From a virus (taxonomy: Duplodnaviria; Caudoviricetes): a stretch of 30,649 bases of DNA. This document shows positions 18,322-26,242 of the stretch, piece by piece. The DNA is taken from positions 1 to 30,649 of the IMG/VR virus record IMGVR_UViG_3300006735_000134. One strand, given 5' to 3'. Under the pieces are notes generated by a model. It was not told the origin of the DNA. It did no database searches and worked only from the letters and a program-made list of their open reading frames with translations. Position 1 is the first letter of the stretch, and the number at the start of each line of letters is the position of its first letter. The position numbers were made by a program, and so were the translations under genes.

Positions 18322-18549
18322 ATGAATTTATTCGAGAAAAAAGTAACAGAAGAAGATAAAGAGTTTTATCAAGATTTTATAGATAACTTCGATAATTTCG
18401 AAAACGAAGATATTTACGCATATGAGGGTTTTTGGTTATTACACGATAAATTATTTAGTAGTGGTTTCCAACCTTGTGATTGTAATAGGTTTCAATTCCC
18501 ATTTTTCAAGAAAGAATTAGATATTGTTTTTAGTAAATTTATAAAATAA
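18322..18549 (+). CDS. Hypothetical protein (75 aa)
   Basis: ORF fills the operon gap; acidic/aromatic with 'PCDC'. Confidence 0.55.
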   Translation: MNLFEKKVTEEDKEFYQDFIDNFDNFENEDIYAYEGFWLLHDKLFSSGFQPCDCNRFQFPFFKKELDIVFSKFIK

Positions 18550-18554
18550 TAATT

Positions 18555-18848
18555 ATGGCAGATTTAGATTTAGAAGAGATAAAGAAAAAGAAATTTAACA
18601 TAAGCGTTGAGAACTTAATTACGTTAGGTGCTGTAGTAGTAACAGTGGTCGGTATGTGGTATTCGCTGCAAGCTGACATCGAAGAAGCTAAGGCTTTACC
18701 GGAACCAGAGGTGTCAAGAACAGAGTATGATCTGAAAGATCAACTAATAAGAGAAACTATTATATCTACTGAAGAAAAGGTTGATGCTAATTCAGAAAAG
18801 TTAGACAAGATAGATGAAAAACTATATGAAATAATAATAAAAGAATGA
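18555..18848 (+). CDS. Single-pass membrane protein with coiled coil (lysis-module associated)
   Basis: Transmembrane segment 'LITLGAVVVTVVGMWYSL' followed by a heptad-rich C-terminus. Confidence 0.6.
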   Translation: MADLDLEEIKKKKFNISVENLITLGAVVVTVVGMWYSLQADIEEAKALPEPEVSRTEYDLKDQLIRETIISTEEKVDANSEKLDKIDEKLYEIIIKE

Positions 18849-19156
18849 GAATATTAATATTAGCATTATTGTTTAGTGTATTTAGTTATGGACAAGATAT
18901 GACTACTGTTCATTTTAATTATAAATGGAATAGTCAAAATTCATACAATGGATTAGATAAATTAAAAAATACTAAAGTTCAATATGCAAACGTTGAAGAT
19001 CAAAAAGATATAATAAAAAGATCAATTAAATCAGTACCTACAATAATGATATATAAAGATGGTAGTCCAGTTGCTAAATTTGAAGCAGGATTAACTATGA
19101 AAATAAGTGTTAGATTAGATAGCATACAATCTATTATAAATAAATATAAGAAATAA
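18845..19156 (+). CDS. Exported thioredoxin-fold protein lacking CxxC
   Basis: Signal peptide 'MRILILALLFSVFSYG/Q'; 'VHFNYKWNSQN' at the WCxxC position; 'IKSVPTIMIYKDG' cis-Pro loop; no Cys anywhere. Confidence 0.6.
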   Translation: MRILILALLFSVFSYGQDMTTVHFNYKWNSQNSYNGLDKLKNTKVQYANVEDQKDIIKRSIKSVPTIMIYKDGSPVAKFEAGLTMKISVRLDSIQSIINKYKK

Positions 19157-19302
19157 TGAATGGGTTTGAACCAACGATATTAGGAGTTGCTGTTTATATA
19201 ATAACAATATCACAAATAAACGAAGCACTACAATCACTCCTAATAATTGCAACGTTAGTTTATACAATTATTAAAATAATACAACTTTTAGAAAAAAAAT
19301 AA
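19156..19302 (+). CDS. Small two-helix hydrophobic protein (48 aa), holin/antiholin-like; not in the ORF track
   Basis: MNGFEPTILGVAVYIITISQINEALQSLLIIATLVYTIIKIIQLLEKK; TAATG-coupled, upstream of the endolysin. Confidence 0.6.
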   Translation: MNGFEPTILGVAVYIITISQINEALQSLLIIATLVYTIIKIIQLLEKK

Positions 19303-19305
19303 ATT

Positions 19306-19404
19306 ATGGTAAGAATACTAAGATGGTTAGCAAATCAATTTGAAACGTTTAACCATTACGTATCAGCTAAGTGGAACGCTTGGTTGAAGAAAATTAAAAT
19401 GTAA
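19306..19404 (+). CDS. Cationic amphipathic peptide (32 aa); not in the ORF track
   Basis: MVRILRWLANQFETFNHYVSAKWNAWLKKIKM; fills the gap exactly before the endolysin ATG at 19407. Confidence 0.55.
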   Translation: MVRILRWLANQFETFNHYVSAKWNAWLKKIKM

Positions 19405-19406
19405 TA

Positions 19407-19868
19407 ATGGATCGTATAAGTAAACATATTAGTTTTGAAGAAGCTACTCGTTCTAATACTGCTTTACGATTAAACATTGATAACACACCAAGTGCATATC
19501 AATTAACAAATATGTGTGGAGTAGCACAAAATATATTTGAACCTTTAAGAGATTGGGTAGGTGGTGCTATCAAAATAAATTCTTTCTTTAGATCTGACGA
19601 ATTAAATAAAGCAATAGGTGGTAGTACAAAATCTCAACATTGTCAAGGTAGAGCAATAGATATAGATGATACTTTTGGACATAAAACTAATGCACAAATG
19701 TTTAAATATATTAGGGAAAATTTAGATTTTGACCAAATGATTTGGGAGTTTGGAGATGACAATAATCCTAATTGGGTTCATATTTCTTATGTAAGTAAAG
19801 ATGAAAATAGAAATAGATGTCTTAAAGCATATAAAGAAAATGGTAAAAGTAAATATATGGTAATATGA
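19407..19868 (+). CDS. Endolysin, peptidase M15 family
   Basis: 'INSFFRS..LNKAIGGSTKSQHCQGRAIDID...WVHISY': SxH, D and H zinc ligands of M15. Confidence 0.9.
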   Translation: MDRISKHISFEEATRSNTALRLNIDNTPSAYQLTNMCGVAQNIFEPLRDWVGGAIKINSFFRSDELNKAIGGSTKSQHCQGRAIDIDDTFGHKTNAQMFKYIRENLDFDQMIWEFGDDNNPNWVHISYVSKDENRNRCLKAYKENGKSKYMVI

Positions 19869-20314
19869 GTAAGAAAAAATTAAAAGACACTAAAGTAGGT
19901 AAGTTTTTAAGTGGTGCTGGATCTTCTATAATAGATTCATTAGGTGATGTATTACCAGACAATGGAGTGTTTGGTGTTGTAAAAAACTTAATTAGTAAAG
20001 ACGAAACTTTACCACCTGAAGATAAAGAAAAAGCATTAGCATTATTAAATCAAGATACTATTGAGATGCAAGAAGTATCAAAAAGGTGGTCTAGTGATAT
20101 GCAATCAGATTCTTGGTTAAGTAAAAATACTAGACCTATGGCATTAATATTCTTAACTATATCTATGGTATTGTTAATCTTTGTTGATTCTAGTGGTTTA
20201 GAGTTTAGTGTCGATACTGGTTGGATTGATTTATTAAAATCATTATTAATCACAGTCTATGTAGCATACTTTGGTTCAAGAGGTGCAGAAAAGTTCAGAT
20301 CAATAAGTAAGTAA
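19865..20314 (+). CDS. Holin (GTA 3TM holin-like family)
   Basis: 'RWSSDMQSDSWLSKNTRP' plus two transmembrane segments and 'YFGSRGAEK'; overlaps the endolysin gene. Confidence 0.75.
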   Translation: MSKKKLKDTKVGKFLSGAGSSIIDSLGDVLPDNGVFGVVKNLISKDETLPPEDKEKALALLNQDTIEMQEVSKRWSSDMQSDSWLSKNTRPMALIFLTISMVLLIFVDSSGLEFSVDTGWIDLLKSLLITVYVAYFGSRGAEKFRSISK

Positions 20315-20448
20315 TGCCTAGACGACCTAAAGTAACTATATATATACCACCAAAAAAAAAGAAAAGACCTGGAGTTCATTCTAAAAACGCATCTAAAGGT
20401 CAACCTGGTTACAAAAAAAAATATATAGGTCAAGGTAAAAAAAGATGA
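20314..20448 (+). CDS. Small highly basic protein (44 aa) with YxGQG motif; not in the ORF track
   Basis: MPRRPKVTIYIPPKKKKRPGVHSKNASKGQPGYKKKYIGQGKKR; coupled at both ends (TAATG and ATGA). Confidence 0.7.
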   Translation: MPRRPKVTIYIPPKKKKRPGVHSKNASKGQPGYKKKYIGQGKKR

Positions 20449-20636
20449 ATCATAGACAATTTGAAATTTATTGTCAATTGTGGAATGATTTTATTAATGG
20501 CATTGATATAAATAATGTAAAAGCTACAATTGAATATGAAAAAGAAATAGAAGATTATGAAAGTGTTAGTGCTAGATTATTAGCACTTAATGAATTTATG
20601 TATTATAAAGATATTATACGTAAGTTATTAAAGTAA
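20445..20636 (+). CDS. Hypothetical protein (63 aa)
   Basis: ATGA-coupled; 'YEKEIEDYESVSA' resembles the 'FEQKEMYEVCA' motif of ORF 27589..27906. Confidence 0.55.
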   Translation: MNHRQFEIYCQLWNDFINGIDINNVKATIEYEKEIEDYESVSARLLALNEFMYYKDIIRKLLK

Positions 20637-20686
20637 AAGAAAAGAAAGAAAAGGGTAAAAGAAAGAAAAGAAAAAGTTCCCCTAGA
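20635..20686. repeat. Polypurine (AAAG/AAAAG) tract
   Basis: aaaagaaaagaaagaaaagggtaaaagaaagaaaagaaaaag...: about 50 nt with a single pyrimidine, in an intergenic gap. Confidence 0.85.
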
Positions 20687-20773
20687 GAAAAACAAAATTC
20701 ATAATTTACCTGAACCAACAATATCTCTATTGAAGTTTGTAACTTTTTTCGTAGATTTACGACTACGCATTTG

Positions 20774-20781
20774 CAAATATA
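20774..20781 (-). promoter_or_regulatory. Bacteroidota-type -7 promoter box, antisense
   Basis: CAAATATA on + equals TATATTTG on -, matching the TAnnTTTG consensus; points into the 20636-20770 intergenic region. Confidence 0.5.
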
Positions 20782-20786
20782 TAAAA

Positions 20787-21464
20787 ATGTCACAAATAGA
20801 AAAATATATAATCAGATCAATTCATAAAGAACAAACAAAGGAATGGTTAAAATATAAGCATTATGCAAAACGTATACCTAGTATTAGATATTCTTTTGGT
20901 TTATATGATGATGACAAGCTGATTGGAGTTTGTACATATGGCAATCCTATATCAAAGGAATTATGTGATAATGTTTGTGGTAAGAAATGGAGAAATAATG
21001 TATTAGAATTAAATAGGTTAGTAGTCAATGAGAATTTACCAAAGAATACTTTGTCGTATTTTGTAGCACACACTTTTTATAAATTACCTCAACCATCTAT
21101 AATTGTTTCATATGCTGATACAGACCAAAATCATAGTGGATATATTTATCAAGCAACTAATTGGATATACACAGGGTTAACAAAAAAGAACTATGATTGG
21201 AAAGAGAAAGGAACTAATAAACATAGTAGAACTCTAGGTGATAGTTTTAGCACAGAGTATATGTATGCACACCCTGAGAGGTTTGAAAGAATACCTAGAT
21301 CACAAAAGCATAGATATATAATGGTACTAGCAAAAAAAAGATTAAAGAAGAGAATGATTAATTCATTAGGTTATGAAGTACAACCATACCCAAAGGGAGA
21401 CAACAAGAGATATGATGCTAGTCATAATACAACAACACAATTAAATATGTTTAATGGAGTTTAG
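20787..21464 (+). CDS. Mom-like DNA (adenine) modification protein, GNAT fold
   Basis: 'KHYAKR...LIGVCTYG...LELNRLV...IVSYADTDQNHSGYIYQATNWIYTG...KHRY' matches the phage Mu Mom family. ATG 20787 is preferred over TTG 20730. Confidence 0.8.
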   Translation: MSQIEKYIIRSIHKEQTKEWLKYKHYAKRIPSIRYSFGLYDDDKLIGVCTYGNPISKELCDNVCGKKWRNNVLELNRLVVNENLPKNTLSYFVAHTFYKLPQPSIIVSYADTDQNHSGYIYQATNWIYTGLTKKNYDWKEKGTNKHSRTLGDSFSTEYMYAHPERFERIPRSQKHRYIMVLAKKRLKKRMINSLGYEVQPYPKGDNKRYDASHNTTTQLNMFNGV

Positions 21465-21825
21465 ATATTTTACATATGATGAATTTGATTCTCCTGATAT
21501 GCCAGGGAGTGGTTATGGATATATGGATAGAGAGTTTCTACATTGTTTAGACGAAGCTAGAGATATAGCAGGAGTTAAATTTAAAATACTAAGTGGTTAT
21601 AGAAGTCCAAAAGAAAATATACGTAAAGGTGGATTATCTACATCTAGTCATTTAATTGGACGTGCTTGTGATATAAGATGTACTGACACTAGAAAAAGAT
21701 TACTAATAATAGAGGGTTTATCTATGGTTGGTTTTAGAAGATTTGGTATTGGCAAAGACCATATACACGTAGATAATGATGATCTGAAGAAACCTGGTAT
21801 TTGGATAATTAATAACTATATATAA
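21454..21825 (+). CDS. Second peptidase M15 family protein
   Basis: 'EFDSPD...ILSGYRS...SSHLIGRACDI...HIHVD'. Confidence 0.85.
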   Translation: MEFRYFTYDEFDSPDMPGSGYGYMDREFLHCLDEARDIAGVKFKILSGYRSPKENIRKGGLSTSSHLIGRACDIRCTDTRKRLLIIEGLSMVGFRRFGIGKDHIHVDNDDLKKPGIWIINNYI

Positions 21826-21843
21826 AATGTTAATTATTTTTTA

Positions 21844-21851
21844 TACATTTG
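21844..21851 (+). promoter_or_regulatory. Bacteroidota-type -7 promoter box (TACATTTG)
   Basis: Intergenic TAnnTTTG about 20 nt upstream of the ERF ATG, heading the recombination/replication operon; no clear -33 element. Confidence 0.6.
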
Positions 21852-21870
21852 TATAACTAAATTAAATTAA

Positions 21871-22434
21871 ATGAATATTTCAGAAAAATTATTAGCAATT
21901 CAAAACGAACTTAACGTGCCTAAAAAAAGACACAATAAGTTTGGTGATTATTATTATAGAAGTGCGGAAGATATTCTTGAGGGTATCAAACCACTTACTA
22001 TGAAATATAAACTATCTCTTAAACTTAGTGATACAATTAAGGATAAGGGTGGACGTTTATACGTTGAATCAACAGCAAAATTAATTGATTGTGATTCAGT
22101 AGATATGCAAATAGAAAGCAAAGCACAAGCTGTGATTGATTTCAATATGAAAGGTCAAGCTGATCCACAAAGAACAGGGAGTGCTTCTTCTTATGCAAAG
22201 AAGTATGCTTTAGGTAATTTATTTTTAATAGATGATACTCAAGATTCTGACGCAACGAACACACACGGTGCAAGAGAAATACTTGAAGATAAAAGTGAAA
22301 AGTTTGACAAAGCCATTACTTATTTAAAAGAGGGTGGTTCGTTAGATGTTATTAAGACTAAATATAGAATGTCTAAAGTAGTAGAAAAGAAATTGCAAAA
22401 AGCAATTGATAATCGTAAAGTAATAACTAAATAA
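21871..22434 (+). CDS. erf: ERF-family single-strand annealing protein
   Basis: 'NKFGDYYYRSAEDILE...QRTGSASSYAKKYALGNLFLIDDTQDSD' matches the ERF signature. Confidence 0.88.
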   Translation: MNISEKLLAIQNELNVPKKRHNKFGDYYYRSAEDILEGIKPLTMKYKLSLKLSDTIKDKGGRLYVESTAKLIDCDSVDMQIESKAQAVIDFNMKGQADPQRTGSASSYAKKYALGNLFLIDDTQDSDATNTHGAREILEDKSEKFDKAITYLKEGGSLDVIKTKYRMSKVVEKKLQKAIDNRKVITK

Positions 22435-22441
22435 ATATAAT

Positions 22442-22714
22442 ATGAGTGTATTAGGAACAATTGGAATAAAAGGTAGAGATGGTAATTATAAAAATTACAC
22501 CGTTTCTATTAGCGACTTTACTAATGAGTATGGTCAAAATATATCAATGTACGAAGAACAATCGGAAGAAGAAAGAAACGCTAAAGCACCTAAGAAGTAT
22601 ATAGGTAATGGTAAAGTATTTTGGACTGATGGTAAAGTTAGCGTAGCAACAAAAGATTCTAAGGAAACAGCAAAGCAAGTAGTTTCTGATGATAGTGACG
22701 ACTTGCCTTTTTAA
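22442..22714 (+). CDS. Single-stranded DNA-binding protein-like
   Basis: 90 aa with acidic tail 'SDDSDDLPF' and 'YIGNGKV' motif; follows ERF. Confidence 0.7.
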   Translation: MSVLGTIGIKGRDGNYKNYTVSISDFTNEYGQNISMYEEQSEEERNAKAPKKYIGNGKVFWTDGKVSVATKDSKETAKQVVSDDSDDLPF

Positions 22715-22743
22715 TTAGTAGTTTTTCATAATAATTGGTAGTT

Positions 22744-22773
22744 AAGGGGGAGTGTATGCTCTCCCTTTTTTTT
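22744..22773 (+). terminator. Rho-independent terminator
   Basis: AAGGGGGAG-TGTATG-CTCTCCCTT hairpin followed by a T-run. Confidence 0.85.
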
Positions 22774-23166
22774 ATGGATAAGAAGATAATAAAATTATAT
22801 AATAACATTTCAGATCAAGAATCGATTGATTTACTAGACGATCTTGTTGAAGATATTAATAAACTTAAGGTAAAGAATATGTTATTAGAAAGATTTCTAG
22901 TATGGTACATTACTGAGAAATTTGACAAGCAAGAACTATATAATGACAAACCAATGCTTCTACATTTTTTTAATACATACATTTTAAATAACTTTAGAAG
23001 TGTAATACAAATAAGTAAGAAAGAGCATTTTGAAAAACTAAGAATTAATCTATATGAGTATATGGTTATTAATAATATTAATAATGATTTTGATATAGAT
23101 GAATTTGTCAATGAAGTTAAAAAGAAAATAACCCTCATAATAAACGACCTAATTAATGAATTATAG
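22774..23166 (+). CDS. Hypothetical protein (about 130 aa)
   Basis: ATG 22774 preferred because the track's upstream extension runs through the terminator; very AT-rich, no recognisable motif. Confidence 0.5.
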   Translation: MDKKIIKLYNNISDQESIDLLDDLVEDINKLKVKNMLLERFLVWYITEKFDKQELYNDKPMLLHFFNTYILNNFRSVIQISKKEHFEKLRINLYEYMVINNINNDFDIDEFVNEVKKKITLIINDLINEL

Positions 23167-23962
23167 TATAAATTTTGAAGAGAAGTTTGAGAAGATACTA
23201 AAAGAAAGTTATGTAGATTCTAATGAAGAAATAAAAGAACCACCAATAGCAATATCTAAAGGATTAGCATTTAACAAAGAACCTATACCATTAGGTACAT
23301 ATGGCAACTTTAGTTTTATAAGCGCAGGACCAAAGAGTAAAAAAACATTTTTAGTTAGTTTATTAGCGTCAGCTTATATGGGTTCACACGAAACATATAT
23401 AAAAGATATAAAAGGATTTAGGGGTACAAAAAAAGTATTACATTATGATACTGAACAAAGTAGATACCACGCACAAAGAACATTCAATAGAGTTCATAAG
23501 ATGTGTAAGGATTGCACAGGGTATGAAACATATGCACTTAGACAATTCTTACCTAATGAAAGATTAGAGTTTATTGATTGGCATATATCTAAATCTGAGA
23601 ACGTTGGTTTAGTTATAATTGATGGTGTTGCTGATTTATTAAATGATATAAATGATATAGAAAAATCGAATAAAGTAATACACTACTTAATGAAATGGAC
23701 ATTAGATTATAACATACATATAATTACTGTTATACATTCTAATTTCTATAACTCAAAAGCTACTGGACATCTAGGTTCGTTCTTAGAGAAAAAAACAGAA
23801 ACACAAATTAGTGTACAAACATCAAGTGCAAATAAAGATATAGTTATTGTCGAGTGTAAAAAAAGTAGAGGTATACCATTTCAACAATTTGCATTTGAAG
23901 TTAGACAAGGATTACCAATAGTAATAGATAACGTAGAAGATTACAACAACTCTCCTTTTTAA
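23156..23962 (+). CDS. RecA/SF4-like P-loop ATPase (AAA_25 type), putative replicative helicase
   Basis: Variant Walker A 'SAGPKSKKTF', 'YDTEQ', Walker B 'LVIIDG', 'VIH', 'GHLGS.L.KK.ET'. Confidence 0.75.
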   Translation: MNYSINFEEKFEKILKESYVDSNEEIKEPPIAISKGLAFNKEPIPLGTYGNFSFISAGPKSKKTFLVSLLASAYMGSHETYIKDIKGFRGTKKVLHYDTEQSRYHAQRTFNRVHKMCKDCTGYETYALRQFLPNERLEFIDWHISKSENVGLVIIDGVADLLNDINDIEKSNKVIHYLMKWTLDYNIHIITVIHSNFYNSKATGHLGSFLEKKTETQISVQTSSANKDIVIVECKKSRGIPFQQFAFEVRQGLPIVIDNVEDYNNSPF

Positions 23963-24375
23963 TGTTAGTTACTTTAGACATTCAGATCAAACCACAAGCA
24001 CATCAATCATTTAGGTTTGCAAGGAATGGAAGAAGATATAAACCAAAAAAGATTACCGATTATCAAAATAATTTACGTAACTTAGTTAGTAAGCAACTAC
24101 CTAATAATTTTGAGATTATACAAGCTGGTTCTAAAATTAAGGTAAACTATATAGAATATATATTTAGTTACCCTAAGAGTTTCTCTAAAAAGAAAAAGCT
24201 AGAATTCACTTATAAAACTACTAAACCTGATTTACAGGATAATTTAAACAAAGCATTTTTTGATGCTTTAGAGGGTTTGATTTATGAACAAGATCAAAAC
24301 ATAGTGGTTATTAATAAGATGAGTAAGTTTTATGGAGAGCAAGATAGAATTAGAGTGGAATTCAAAGTTATGTAA
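23962..24375 (+). CDS. rusA: RusA-like Holliday junction resolvase
   Basis: 'TTKPDLQDNLNKAFFDALEGLIYEQDQNI...KFYG' RusA catalytic motif. Confidence 0.85.
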   Translation: MLVTLDIQIKPQAHQSFRFARNGRRYKPKKITDYQNNLRNLVSKQLPNNFEIIQAGSKIKVNYIEYIFSYPKSFSKKKKLEFTYKTTKPDLQDNLNKAFFDALEGLIYEQDQNIVVINKMSKFYGEQDRIRVEFKVM

Positions 24376-24518
24376 TGAGTATTCAATTCGAGTGGATTAA
24401 TGGATTTGTTTTAGGTATTGACTATGTTAGAGACATAGAATACTTCCCTGACGAGTTTACTGATCTAATTAGGTTTAGCTTAGGTTTCTTTTGGATTAAT
24501 GTATTTATATTAAGATGA
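24375..24518 (+). CDS. Small hypothetical protein (47 aa); not in the ORF track
   Basis: MSIQFEWINGFVLGIDYVRDIEYFPDEFTDLIRFSLGFFWINVFILR; coupled at both ends. Confidence 0.65.
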   Translation: MSIQFEWINGFVLGIDYVRDIEYFPDEFTDLIRFSLGFFWINVFILR

Positions 24519-25111
24519 TGGAACTCCTATCGAAATATCACAAATTATGGGTAGCGATGGGATTATCAATTGGAATTCGTAGCGACTTAGTTGAGGACTT
24601 CATACACGAAATGTACTTAAAACTAAACAAGTACATATCAGATCCTAAAAAAATAATGTATAATGAGAATGAACCTAATAAGTTCTATGTATACATAACA
24701 ATCAAAAACTTATGGAATGATTATCTAAAAGCAAAATCAAAGCATAGAATGATTAGCATAGATGATCTTGGCGAAAACAACGAAAGTTATAAAACATATG
24801 TACCTTTAATTGATGACACAAATGATGTATACTACAAAAGGAATCAAGATTATGCACAACAAATAATTCTTGATAACATACAAAAAGAAGTTGATAGTTG
24901 GGATAGATGGTACGACCAAAAATTATTTAAGATATATTATGAAACTGATATAAGTATGAGGAAACTTGCTAAGGATTCTCATATTTCAGTTACATCAATA
25001 TTTAATAGTTGTAAGAACTATAAACAAATAATGAATAGTAAGTTTAACGAAGATTACCAAGATTACATCAATGGTGACTTTCATTTAATAAAACATAATA
25101 AAGATGAGTAA
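24515..25111 (+). CDS. Phage-encoded ECF-type sigma-70 factor
   Basis: Region 2-like 'EDFIHEMYLKL...YVYITIKNLWNDYLK' and region 4 HTH 'SMRKLAKDSHISVTSIFNSCK'; 198 aa. Confidence 0.75.
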   Translation: MMELLSKYHKLWVAMGLSIGIRSDLVEDFIHEMYLKLNKYISDPKKIMYNENEPNKFYVYITIKNLWNDYLKAKSKHRMISIDDLGENNESYKTYVPLIDDTNDVYYKRNQDYAQQIILDNIQKEVDSWDRWYDQKLFKIYYETDISMRKLAKDSHISVTSIFNSCKNYKQIMNSKFNEDYQDYINGDFHLIKHNKDE

Positions 25112-25532
25112 AATTCCAAACAAACCTAAAGATAAAAGGACTAAAGCATATAAACAATGGGTTGCTAAATACGAGAAGCAATCTAGTGGTTTAGGTGATA
25201 GTGTTGAGAAAGTGACTAAAGCAACTGGCATAAAGAAAGTAGTAGATACTATTTTTGATGCTCTTGGAAAAGATTGTGGTTGTGATGGTCGTAAGAAAAC
25301 ATTAAATGAGTTGTACCCTTATAATAAACCAAAATGTTTAAGCGAAGGACAATTTAATTATCTTACAGACTTCTTTAATCAAAAGACTAATACTATAACT
25401 GCTGCGCAACAAAGAGATTTGTTAAACATATATAATTATGTATTCAACACAAACGATGTAGCTACAAGTTGTGGTAGTTGTTTTAATTCAAAGTTAGTAA
25501 GATTAAGAGAGGTCTATACTTTATATTTATGA
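25104..25532 (+). CDS. Hypothetical protein with Cys clusters (possible Zn-binding)
   Basis: 'GLGDSVEKVTKATGIK...DCGCD.RK...TSCGSC'; overlaps the sigma gene. Confidence 0.6.
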   Translation: MSKIPNKPKDKRTKAYKQWVAKYEKQSSGLGDSVEKVTKATGIKKVVDTIFDALGKDCGCDGRKKTLNELYPYNKPKCLSEGQFNYLTDFFNQKTNTITAAQQRDLLNIYNYVFNTNDVATSCGSCFNSKLVRLREVYTLYL

Positions 25533-25909
25533 TAGAGAAAGATTTATTCATATACCTTAAAGAAAAGGTTTACCCTGACCTTGTTATGAGTAATAGTCCA
25601 ATTAGTAGATGGGATTGTTATAGTCCTAAAACTAAACATAGAATAGAATTAAAGTGTCGTAAAACTCATTATGACGAGTTAGTAATAGAACGTGGTAAGT
25701 TTGACGCAATGATAGAAAAAGCTAATGATAACTTTGATCTTCCTATATATATAAACTCAACACCACAAGGAATATATAAATGGAATTTGTTTTTTGTTAC
25801 ACCAACTTGGTTTGAAAAACAATTACCAAAGACAACTGACTTCTCAGATAACTTTAAAATAACTAAAGAAATTGCAATGCTACCAATAGTAGACGCAGAA
25901 ATATTATGA
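25529..25909 (+). CDS. PD-(D/E)xK nuclease-like protein
   Basis: 'RWDC...IELKCR' D...ExK motif. Confidence 0.65.
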   Translation: MIEKDLFIYLKEKVYPDLVMSNSPISRWDCYSPKTKHRIELKCRKTHYDELVIERGKFDAMIEKANDNFDLPIYINSTPQGIYKWNLFFVTPTWFEKQLPKTTDFSDNFKITKEIAMLPIVDAEIL

Positions 25910-26208
25910 CTAAATCAAAACATCAGATCCGAAAAGAACAACCAGTATTTAGTGGTGTTCTTAAATACTTTCCAAAAGCAATACGATACGTATCTAAAGT
26001 AAGTTACGTAGGAAACGAACAACACAATCCTGGCACTCCTCTACATTGGGATAGGTCAAAATCTAAAGATGAGTTAGATGCTTGTATAAGACATTTGTTA
26101 GATCACATAGAAAATCCTATTGATGATGATGGTCTTTTACACTTAGGTAAATCAGCTTGGAGAATATTAGGTGCATTAGAAAAGTTCTTAGAAACTAAAG
26201 ACAAGTAG
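25906..26208 (+). CDS. dATP/dGTP diphosphohydrolase-domain (DUF5664-like) protein
   Basis: 'FPKAI..VSKVS..GN..H....HW...DACIRHL...D.DGLLHL..SAW' pattern. Confidence 0.65.
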   Translation: MTKSKHQIRKEQPVFSGVLKYFPKAIRYVSKVSYVGNEQHNPGTPLHWDRSKSKDELDACIRHLLDHIENPIDDDGLLHLGKSAWRILGALEKFLETKDK

Positions 26209-26210
26209 TG

Positions 26211-26238
26211 TTTGTTTATAAATTGTTTATTATATTTG
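26211..26238 (+). promoter_or_regulatory. Bacteroidota-type promoter (TTTG...TATATTTG)
   Basis: TTTG at 26211-26214 and TATATTTG at 26231-26238, immediately upstream of the methyltransferase GTG; the 16-nt spacer is shorter than canonical. Confidence 0.55.
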
Positions 26239-26242
26239 TTGA

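Noticed and set aside
20730-20786. TTG start for the Mom-like gene
   Set aside because: The extension crosses the hairpin and antisense promoter region; ATG 20787 with an A-rich leader fits better.
22735-22773. TTG start for the 143-aa ORF
   Set aside because: It runs through a clear terminator hairpin; ATG 22774 is more plausible.
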